Shown here piece after piece: positions 56,698-64,000 of a stretch of 64,000 bases of DNA. The notes under the pieces were generated by a model. That model searched no databases. It saw nothing but the letters and a program-made list of their open reading frames with translations, and was not told the origin of the DNA. Source of the DNA: Desulfosudaceae bacterium (GTDB lineage: Bacteria > Desulfobacterota > Desulfobacteria > Desulfobacterales > Desulfosudaceae); assembly GCA_963674745.2 (NCBI GenBank), contig CAXXDV010000003.1:256001-320000 (forward strand). Reading direction: 5' to 3'. The translations under genes were made by a program, and so were the position numbers. Positions within the stretch are counted from its first letter, which is position 1; each line of letters begins with the position of its first letter.

Positions 56698-57813
56698 ATG
56701 AAAAGGATGAAGCAAATGAGACGAAAAGTGATGTTGGTATGTGGGTTAATGACGATGATGGTTTTCTCGGTCGGAACGACAGCCCGGGCCGGTACAGTAA
56801 TGTCGGAGATGGATATTAACCTGTCCGGTGTTATTGAGGCGGAAGCAGGGTTCTCCAGTGATTATGATAATAACGATACTGGTGACATCGTGCTGGCTAC
56901 CATGGCGTTCGCTGTTGATACGCGACTTAACGCCTGGTGTTCCGGACATGCTCTTTTCTTATGGGAGGAAGACGTTACAGAACCGGTCGATGTTGATGAA
57001 GGTTTTATAACAGTTGGCGGCAAAGACGCGTACCCGTTCTATTTTTCCGCTGGCAAATTGTATGTCCCTTTCGGTGTATATGAAACCAGCATGGTCTCAG
57101 ACCCTCTTACACTTGAAATCGGTGAAACACGTGAGAGCGCCTTGCAGGTCGGTGTCGGATATAACGGGTTTTACGGGGCGGTTTACGCGTTTAACGGGGA
57201 TGTTCAGGATACGACTGGTAACAGCGACGATACCATTGAAACATTTGGCGTTAACACCGGGTATTTTTTTGAAAATAACGAAATCAGCGTGGACCTGGGG
57301 ATTGACTGGATCAGTAATTTAATGGATTCGGACGGACTCGAAGGCGTTTTTCAGGATGCCCGGGATGTGTTTGCTGATGCTAACCCGAACGGTTCATTTG
57401 ATCTGGAAAGTTACGTTGCCGGTATCGGTGTTCATGCCATCGTCAATGTCGCATCGTTCAGCCTCATCGGTGAATACATTATTGTAACTGATGACGTGGA
57501 TTATGTTACCGACGACGGTGCAGGATTAATTACCACCATATCATCGGACAAGCCGATGGCTTTACACCTTGAAGGTGTCTTCACATTTGAGGCCATGGGA
57601 AGAGAAATGAGTCTGGCCGCGACCTGGCAGTCTACGGATAACCTGGGCGGGTTTCTGCCGGAAATACGCTACGGCGCCGCGGCAGGCATTGCCCTGGCCG
57701 GAAATCTGGGGCTTGCCATTGAGTATGTCCATGATGAGGATTACAGCGTAAATGACGGGGGGACGGATGAGAGTGCCGACACGTTTACCCTGCAGCTGGC
57801 GCTGGCGTTTTAA
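56698..57813 (+). CDS. LbtU-family (siderophore porin-like) outer-membrane protein
   Basis: LSG.IEAEA, LWEE, DEG.I, GKLYVPFG.YET..VSDPLTLEIGETRE, FNGD, LPE.RYG, terminal QLALAF; exact start uncertain. Confidence 0.8.
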   Translation: MKRMKQMRRKVMLVCGLMTMMVFSVGTTARAGTVMSEMDINLSGVIEAEAGFSSDYDNNDTGDIVLATMAFAVDTRLNAWCSGHALFLWEEDVTEPVDVDEGFITVGGKDAYPFYFSAGKLYVPFGVYETSMVSDPLTLEIGETRESALQVGVGYNGFYGAVYAFNGDVQDTTGNSDDTIETFGVNTGYFFENNEISVDLGIDWISNLMDSDGLEGVFQDARDVFADANPNGSFDLESYVAGIGVHAIVNVASFSLIGEYIIVTDDVDYVTDDGAGLITTISSDKPMALHLEGVFTFEAMGREMSLAATWQSTDNLGGFLPEIRYGAAAGIALAGNLGLAIEYVHDEDYSVNDGGTDESADTFTLQLALAF

Positions 57814-57843
57814 CAGTCGAATGAAACAGTCGCCCAAAGCCAT

Positions 57844-57892
57844 GACCGGCCGGAAAATCAGCCTCCTGAAATTCCGGCCGGCCCGCGTTTTT
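57844..57892 (+). terminator. Probable terminator hairpin between the porin and adhesin genes
   Basis: CCGGCCGGAA...TTCCGGCCGG stem followed by a T run. Confidence 0.5.
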
Positions 57893-57961
57893 ATGATCAG
57901 TTCCGGATTTTTTTACTACAGTTTCTGCCATCACTGGGCGATCTTGAAAACCGGCCTTGTT

Positions 57962-60900
57962 CTACCAACCGAAGGTAATACCGGCCCGTCCGGAAACTTC
58001 ACTGCTTGTGCTGGCCGAGATGCCGGCGTTGACCAGTATTCGGTTTTCTTTCACGTAGTGAAACATACCGGCGGCAATGGCCTGTCTCGATCCATACGTG
58101 CCCACACCGACCGAGACCTGCGTATCGCCGGCTGAGCGGGCATTCGGCACCAGGGCCGACAGGGCCGCTCCCATGGCGCCGACATCATCCATCCTGTCAT
58201 CAAGGTCGCTGAGCTTGTCGTGAATCGTTTTGATATTATGAAAATTGCGGTCAATATTGCCGGTGTTGGTCGCGATGCTGTCGCTGTTGGCCGCTATGTC
58301 GCCGGTGTTGTTGTCAACCCGGCTGTCGACGGTATCCAGTTGCTGTTTGTTGACGGCGTCGGTGCTGTTGACACCGGCCGCCATGTTGGTGACGCGCCGC
58401 TGGTTGTCGGTATTGCCGACAGAAACCGTGTCCGCTTCCGAGGCCACGGCATCTTTACCCAGGGCAACACTGTTGGTCGCGCCGGAGCGAACAGCCGCGT
58501 TCTGCCCGAGAGCGGTCCCGCCATCAGCATTTGCATCCACCCGGGTATCCGCACCCACGGCCACGCTGTTTTCAGAATCAATGCCAGCGTTGGTGCCCAG
58601 GGCGGTGCTGCCGTCGGCAATGACAACGGTGCCGCGCCCGATGGCGATATCGTTGGTCCTGGCAGAGGCACCCGGCCCGATGGCAATGGCACCGTCAAAT
58701 GAAGCGCTGGAAACGCCATCACTGCCGGTTGACAGCCATTCGAGATCGGCCAAGCCGTCAGCATTGGCGGCAATCGCCCGGGTGTTTCGGTCAATATTAT
58801 AGGTATTGTTAATTGAACCGGCAACCATGCCGCTCAACTGGCTGACGTTTACGGCATCGGTCGGGTCGATGCCGGCCGCAACGTTGGTGATACGACGTTC
58901 TGACCCGGCCGCGCCCACGGAAACGGTATTGTTCTGGGCGGCAACAGAACCGGCGCCCAGGGCTACCGAGTTGGTGCCTGTGACGACGGCACCCGTACCG
59001 ATACCGATATTGCCGGTGCCGGAAACCGTGGCGCCCATGGCCGCGAAGTTGCCGTCGCCGGTCACCGTGTTGCCGTTGCCGGACACAAAGTGGTTGTCGC
59101 CGGTGACACTGTTGCTGCTGCCGTACACCCCGTTGTAGCTGCTGTTGACGACATTGTCGCTGCCGATCACCCCGTTGCTGTTACTGTCATCCGCCAGGGT
59201 GTTGTTCTGGCCGCTGACCAGGTTAAAGCCGTTATCCTCTCCGAGAGAGTTGAACATGCCGCTGACGTTATTAAAGCCGCTGCCTTCGTCGAGGCGGTTG
59301 AACATCCCGCTGACATCGTTGGCGATGTTGCCGTCTTCAAGTTGATTGATAAATCCACCGACCCGGTTAAACCCATTGTTGTCTCCCAGGGAGTTGAATA
59401 CACCGCTGACCTGGTTGCCGGAGCTGGATTCTCCCAGGTTGTTATTCAGTCCGCTGACGTTGTTTTGAGAACTGCCGTCCCCCAGGGAGTTAAATCCGCC
59501 GCCAATGACATTCCGGTCATTGTCATTTCCGAGGGTATTGTTCATGCCGCCGACAAGGTTGCTGCCGTTGTCATCACCAAGGGTGTTTAATACGCCGCTG
59601 ACACTGTTCTGGTTGCTGCCGTTACCCAACCTGTTGAGTCCGCCGCCGACAACGTTTCGTTCATTCGCTTCTCCCAGGGTGTTGGAAAAACCGGTAACAC
59701 TGTTGTGCAGGTTGTCAATTGCCAGGGTATTGCTTTCGCCACTGACCAAATTGGAATCGTTGTTGTCCCCCAGGGTATTGAATTGACCACTGATGGCGTT
59801 ATGGAGGTTGTCATTGCCGAGGGTGTTGTTCTGGCCGCTGACAAGGTTCCGATCATTGTTGTTTCCCAGCGTATTATCGCCGCCGCCGACGATGTTCCGG
59901 GCACTTCCGTTACCCAGGCTGTTGTCCCTTCCACTGACGGCGTTGTTATTGTTCCTGTTGCCCAGGGTGTTGTTTCTTCCGCTGACGGCATTGTGGTCAT
60001 TATTATTGCCCAGGATATTGTTTCTTCCGCTGACGGCGTTGTTGGTGTTGTTGTTCCCCAGGGTGTTGCTCTCTCCGCTGACCGTGTTGGCAAAGGTGTC
60101 GTCTCCCAGGGTGTTGTATCCGCCGCCGACCGTGTTGGCAATATTGATTTGACCCAGTGTATGATACCCACCGCTGACATTGTTGCTGTCACTGCCTGAA
60201 TCAAGGCTGTTGAAGATGCCGCTGACATTGTTGTGATAGGTATTATCGTTCAGCCTGTTCATCATTCCGCCGACAGTGTTCCGGTCACTGTCATCTCCAA
60301 GGGAATTGAATATACCGCTGACCTGGTTGCTGCCGCTGCCGTTACCGATCCTGTTGTTGGCACCGCTGACACTGTTCTGGTTGGCACTGTCACCCAGCCT
60401 GTTGTTCCCGCCGCCGACAATATTCCGGTCGGCGTCACTCCCGAGGCTGTTTATTGTTCCGCCAACCAGGTTTGAACTGTTGTCATTAGACAGACTGTTG
60501 TTGACACCACCGACAATGTTCCGGTCACTGTTATCTCCCAGATTATTGTTCTCACCGCTGACGGCATTTGATTCATTGTCGCCGCCGAGGACGTTGTTCT
60601 CACCGCTGACCTGGTTTGAGTTGGTATTTGACGTGCCGGAGGTACCGAGGACATTGTTCACCCCGCTGACGGCATTGTAGTCGTTTCTGCCGTAGATGAA
60701 GTTGTTTTCACCATTGACGGCGTTCATGTCGCTGTTGTTGCCGATATCGTTTTGGGCACCGCTTAACAGGTTACCGACACTGTTGTTTCTTATACGGTTA
60801 TCCTCACCATGAATAATGTTGGCGCTGCTGTCGTCATTGATGATATTGTCCCGGCCGTCGATCAGGTTGGCATCACTGTTACTGCCAATCTGGTTGTTGG

Positions 60901-61078
60901 CCCCGTTTATTTCGTTTAACTGGCTGCCGGCACCGGGGCCCGTATTGCCGGGGCCGTTTATTTCATTGGCCGTGGCAGTTAAAGGCATTGCCAGGCCAAT
61001 ACAGGCCAACATGGCAATCAACATTGCCGGCCGGTATCTTTCAAATAATGTTTTTGCGCGTAGGGTTGACGGTTTCAT
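57962..61078 (-). CDS. Trimeric autotransporter adhesin (YadA-like) with a long Asn/Gly-rich repeat head
   Basis: Signal peptide, SVALG head repeats, two necks (RRITNVAAG...DAVN..QL), coiled stalk, anchor ending GITFGW; AAGGAGG SD. Confidence 0.93.
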   Translation of the reverse strand: MKPSTLRAKTLFERYRPAMLIAMLACIGLAMPLTATANEINGPGNTGPGAGSQLNEINGANNQIGSNSDANLIDGRDNIINDDSSANIIHGEDNRIRNNSVGNLLSGAQNDIGNNSDMNAVNGENNFIYGRNDYNAVSGVNNVLGTSGTSNTNSNQVSGENNVLGGDNESNAVSGENNNLGDNSDRNIVGGVNNSLSNDNSSNLVGGTINSLGSDADRNIVGGGNNRLGDSANQNSVSGANNRIGNGSGSNQVSGIFNSLGDDSDRNTVGGMMNRLNDNTYHNNVSGIFNSLDSGSDSNNVSGGYHTLGQINIANTVGGGYNTLGDDTFANTVSGESNTLGNNNTNNAVSGRNNILGNNNDHNAVSGRNNTLGNRNNNNAVSGRDNSLGNGSARNIVGGGDNTLGNNNDRNLVSGQNNTLGNDNLHNAISGQFNTLGDNNDSNLVSGESNTLAIDNLHNSVTGFSNTLGEANERNVVGGGLNRLGNGSNQNSVSGVLNTLGDDNGSNLVGGMNNTLGNDNDRNVIGGGFNSLGDGSSQNNVSGLNNNLGESSSGNQVSGVFNSLGDNNGFNRVGGFINQLEDGNIANDVSGMFNRLDEGSGFNNVSGMFNSLGEDNGFNLVSGQNNTLADDSNSNGVIGSDNVVNSSYNGVYGSSNSVTGDNHFVSGNGNTVTGDGNFAAMGATVSGTGNIGIGTGAVVTGTNSVALGAGSVAAQNNTVSVGAAGSERRITNVAAGIDPTDAVNVSQLSGMVAGSINNTYNIDRNTRAIAANADGLADLEWLSTGSDGVSSASFDGAIAIGPGASARTNDIAIGRGTVVIADGSTALGTNAGIDSENSVAVGADTRVDANADGGTALGQNAAVRSGATNSVALGKDAVASEADTVSVGNTDNQRRVTNMAAGVNSTDAVNKQQLDTVDSRVDNNTGDIAANSDSIATNTGNIDRNFHNIKTIHDKLSDLDDRMDDVGAMGAALSALVPNARSAGDTQVSVGVGTYGSRQAIAAGMFHYVKENRILVNAGISASTSSEVSGRAGITFGW

Positions 61079-61175
61079 CGCATACCTCCTTATGTATGGG
61101 TAAAAAATTTAAGAACCTGTTTGCTCGGGCCGTTGGTTGGCCGGTAGAGGAGACTTAAAAGCCCTTATTCAGGAT

Positions 61176-61212
61176 AAAAAAAGGCCGGGTTACCTTTCCT
61201 GGGAACCCGACC
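61176..61212 (-). terminator. Intrinsic terminator in the adhesin 5' leader
   Basis: Minus strand GGTCGGGTTCCC-AGGAAA-GGTAACCCGGCC-T7. Confidence 0.75.
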
Positions 61213-61334
61213 ATAAACAAAATTTCGCTGTTTTGATGCCCCAATGAAAATCGTAAACAAAGCGCCTGTCATCCGGCAGGCCATATTGTGTTTTTGTTTG
61301 CGGTTTCCTTTCTTTTGTTTGTTATATTACTACT

Positions 61335-61363
61335 ATTATAGTATGTTTTTGAAATGATGTCAA
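61335..61363 (-). promoter_or_regulatory. Perfect-consensus sigma70 promoter
   Basis: TTGACA-tcatttcaaaaacatac(17)-TATAAT on the minus strand. Confidence 0.85.
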
Positions 61364-61514
61364 GGACTGCTACTTTTTATTAGTAAAATTAAATAGTTAG
61401 TTTGACGGACCGGTTTCGGGCGATACCCTTTTACATCAGGGGAGAGTTAGATACGCCTGGCCTGTCTTTCAACCAGTCAGGCACCCGATAAGATAATTGT
61501 CTTTCGCAACCTTA

Positions 61515-62408
61515 TCAGCAAAGGGTCGTGGTCAGAAAAATCAGGCCGAAAGCAATGATAACCAGGCTGGAAAGGATTCTGATAATATGTTCGGCTGTAA
61601 GGGAATGTTTTTTAAGAACCGTCTGCATCATACCGGTTTTGCCCAGGATCACACTGACGGCGACAACCGATATGGTCGAGGCCATGCCCAGGGAAATACA
61701 GGCCGCCAGCACCAGGCCCAGAACCAGGCCGTCCATGGAAATACAGAAGAGCATGACCATGACCACGGCCGGGCAGGGGACCAGCCCTACCGTGCCGGCC
61801 CAGGCCAGCAGCCCTTTTCCGGGTTCGTTCGCAGAAGAATGATCCGGACGGGCGTTGCGGCTTAAAATCAGGTCCCTTGTGCTTTTAAAGAAGATAATCA
61901 GGCCCAGAAGCGTAATCAGGCCGAAGCTGACCACCTGGGTAACGGTGGTCACGTCTCCCAGTGTGTCCGCCACACCCTGCTGCAGCACATAGCGCAGGCC
62001 CAGTACAGCCACGGCCCCTGACAGGCCGTGGACAAAAGCAAAGACAAAGGCAAACAGCAAGCCGCCGGGAATGGACACGTTATGTGACAGGATATATGAC
62101 GAAGAGACAACCTTGCCGTGTCCCGGGCCGGCCGAATGAATGGCACCGTAAGCAAAAGCCAGGGCCAGCAGAAAAATCAGGGCCTTGAAGCTTCGACCGG
62201 CCTGGATTTCCCTGATCAGTTCCGACATTTTCAACTTCAGCTGGTGCTGCCACAGGATGAGCTTGACAAAGACCCGGCTTTTAACCGGCGGTGCCGGGGC
62301 CTCGTGCTGTTTATCCGGGCTGGTGGTAAACGGGTTATGGGACAGGGCCGGACCACCCATGGCGCAGAGTAAGCAGACCAGTAATATGAGGTTGATGGTT
62401 TTTTTCAC
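61515..62408 (-). CDS. Nickel/cobalt transporter (RcnA/NiCoT-like)
   Basis: YGAIHSAGPGHGK, GLVPCP, SLGMA, multiple TMs; overlaps the DUF1007 gene. Confidence 0.88.
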   Translation of the reverse strand: MKKTINLILLVCLLCAMGGPALSHNPFTTSPDKQHEAPAPPVKSRVFVKLILWQHQLKLKMSELIREIQAGRSFKALIFLLALAFAYGAIHSAGPGHGKVVSSSYILSHNVSIPGGLLFAFVFAFVHGLSGAVAVLGLRYVLQQGVADTLGDVTTVTQVVSFGLITLLGLIIFFKSTRDLILSRNARPDHSSANEPGKGLLAWAGTVGLVPCPAVVMVMLFCISMDGLVLGLVLAACISLGMASTISVVAVSVILGKTGMMQTVLKKHSLTAEHIIRILSSLVIIAFGLIFLTTTLC

Positions 62409-63037
62409 GGTTTTTCGCGAAACTCCAGAAACAGCGTCCAGGGGTGAATCATGTCATAATAAATCAGGGTGTCGGGGTCCTCTTTTACGGCGGTTTTAAT
62501 TTCCAGTTTTTGAGTGGCGTTCAGGGATACCGGCCGGCTTTCGGCAAAAAAAATGGCCGAATAATAGGTCGGGTCATAAGTGGCCAGTTTGATTTTTTTG
62601 TAGGTTTCCATGGCGGTTACATGGCAGGGGATAAAAAAAATGTATTCAAGCTTTTTGTCCTTCAGCACCGCGTCAAAGTCGGTGACGTATTTGACATCAA
62701 AGGCCCGGCCGTCAATGGTAATAAAAGTGAAGTAGCTGGATTCGGAAATATAGGAAAACGCCTTTTCCTTGATCGAAGCCACTTCCGGCTTTTCCAGTTG
62801 CCCGTTTTGGTCTTTGTCATGGTCGGCGGCGATCATGGTGGAGAACATGTCGTCAAACTGCCAGTGCATCCGAAAACCGGCCAACCCCCTGTCGTCAAAG
62901 ACCACGTCCACCCGCTGGGCAATAAAGACATGGGGATGCCCGAAGACGGGGGCCGTAAAAAGAGTGATCACTATTGTGATTGCAATCAGGACAATCGCCG
63001 GACGATATGTGAGGCAGGTGTTTTCTTTGTTCAACAT
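62405..63037 (-). CDS. DUF1007 periplasmic protein
   Basis: Signal peptide then HPHVF, W.FD.MFS, D.D.NG.L, YDPTYY. Confidence 0.88.
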   Translation of the reverse strand: MLNKENTCLTYRPAIVLIAITIVITLFTAPVFGHPHVFIAQRVDVVFDDRGLAGFRMHWQFDDMFSTMIAADHDKDQNGQLEKPEVASIKEKAFSYISESSYFTFITIDGRAFDVKYVTDFDAVLKDKKLEYIFFIPCHVTAMETYKKIKLATYDPTYYSAIFFAESRPVSLNATQKLEIKTAVKEDPDTLIYYDMIHPWTLFLEFREKP

Positions 63038-63165
63038 CAGGGTCGGCCTTTATACCGTTCAAAATTTTTATGCTTATACGATATGTAATTTAGATATCTA
63101 AGACAAGGACTATTGCAAGCCATCACGTTAACGCCTGAACCCCTGGTCATTTGAGTCTGTTCACG

Positions 63166-63282
63166 TAGGGGCAACACCCTGTGGCTGTCCTTTTCGTTTT
63201 TCGGGCAGGCACGGGGGCCTGCCCCTACATTGTTCATGTGCGTCCACCCCGGCCCGTAGGGGCAACCCCCTGTGGTTGCCCT
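63166..63282. repeat. Cluster of three GTAG-type REPs
   Basis: GTAGGGGCAACACCCTGTGGCTGTCC, GGGCAGGCACGGGGGCCTGCCCCTAC, GTAGGGGCAACCCCCTGTGGTTGCCC. Confidence 0.85.
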
Positions 63283-63422
63283 TGCACCGGCCAGGAACGG
63301 GGGCCTGCGCGAATAGAGTGGATGAGATAAAAAAGGTGTCCATCCACTATCTTTTCGTGTTTCTGACCAAAAAGAGATAGCTGTGGGTTGGATGGACACG
63401 CTTTTTTTGTCTTTATCGGGCA

Positions 63423-63686
63423 TCAGCCCGATAACCGCATTTCCCGGCCGGTCAGGCGCATGCCGCCTTCACGGGAATATTCGGCCATGGCGACCCGGAT
63501 CTGATGCATTCCTTTGACAACCAGTGACCGCCAGGCATCGGAAATGTCCCAATGCCCGTGGTCGTAGCCGACGATTTCCACCTTGTCGGCTTCAGGGACC
63601 AAGTTTCTGGCTGTTTTGTCAATGATGTCCTGATCTGTAGTAATACCCGGGTCACCCGTCACATAAAGAATAATGCCGGTTTTCAT
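63423..63686 (-). CDS. Small hypothetical protein, possibly degenerate CbiX-like fold
   Basis: AAGGAG SD; MKTGIILY... and ISDAWRSLVVKGMHQIRV. Confidence 0.7.
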   Translation of the reverse strand: MKTGIILYVTGDPGITTDQDIIDKTARNLVPEADKVEIVGYDHGHWDISDAWRSLVVKGMHQIRVAMAEYSREGGMRLTGREMRLSG

Positions 63687-63956
63687 GTGGTGTATCTCCT
63701 TTCATGGTTAGTCGATTAAAACGCATACCTTTTCAGAAATATGAACAAAATGGTGACCACCATCCGGTTCAGGCCGGCAGTTATACACGGCTGATTTGGG
63801 TTTTTTTTGGCCGGGCCGGAACCGGATGATGGTCGAACCGGATATCTCATGACGCAATTCTTTAAAATTCATGAAATAATCCGGGTAATGCCGGTCGTTG
63901 TAGTTACAACCAGGTCATAACTGGGTCCTCCTTTATTCGGTTTTAAGGGCTCCAAT

Positions 63957-63996
63957 AAAAAAGCCCTTCAAACACGACAAGCGTGTCTGAAGGGCT
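63957..63996 (-). terminator. Intrinsic terminator upstream of the NiCoT operon
   Basis: Minus strand AGCCCTTCAGACACG / CGTGTTTGAAGGGCT stem followed by a T run. Confidence 0.75.
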
Positions 63997-64000
63997 GCAC

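Noticed and set aside
58051..60680. Many overlapping ORFs on both strands within the adhesin gene
   Set aside because: By-products of repetitive, stop-poor coding sequence.
59140..60925. Ice-nucleation protein (also 16-residue repeats)
   Set aside because: Lacks the AGYGSTxTA consensus; necks and a YadA anchor identify a trimeric autotransporter.
61176..61330. c-di-GMP-I or c-di-GMP-II riboswitch in the adhesin leader
   Set aside because: I could not find the conserved cores of either class by eye; kept only as an unclassified leader.
9001..63282. REP clusters or octamer arrays as a CRISPR array
   Set aside because: No run of identical direct repeats with unique, equal-length spacers, and no cas genes.
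63037..63423. 128-aa ORF between DUF1007 and the small upstream gene
   Set aside because: Largely translated REP and inverted-repeat sequence (ATTGGCPY, VGAGPRACP); not supported as a real protein.

Overview
Chromosomal window from an anaerobic deltaproteobacterium (Desulfobacterales-like, inferred from gene content only). No rRNA, tRNA, CRISPR array, transposase or phage genes are seen. Contents in order: comEA (partial), a PglF/CapD-type dehydratase and a Sat-CysC fusion; an AMIN-domain membrane protein; a minus-strand run plsB-like, MurU/AmgK-like fusion, dapB, glpK, porCDAB, glpA (frameshifted), glpB, glpC; a cobalamin riboswitch with cobT; a HoxEFU/HydCB-like flavin/Fe-S module with no catalytic subunit; type IV minor pilins and PilY1; DUF1846; two MetV-like genes plus an Fe-S protein; an ADP-forming acyl-CoA synthetase; a B12 radical SAM fused to a degenerate MBOAT-like domain next to a LolA-like gene; an EAL protein; a DEAD-box helicase; a sigma54 activator with a divergent target; DtxR/MntR, feoAB, a Com-like zinc finger and an LbtU-like porin; a trimeric autotransporter; and a NiCoT/DUF1007 operon. 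Intergenic DNA is rich in small repeats: inverted octamer arrays bracketing variable cargo, GTAG-type REPs and two MITE-like elements. Best candidates for undescribed biology: (1) a Mu-Com-like zinc finger followed by short AG-GCC repeats overlapping a terminator before the porin gene; (2) the radical SAM/pseudo-MBOAT plus LolA-like pair; (3) the inverted octamer-array cassettes; (4) a consensus promoter plus terminator leader before the adhesin. All family calls come from recognising motifs by eye, not from database searches.
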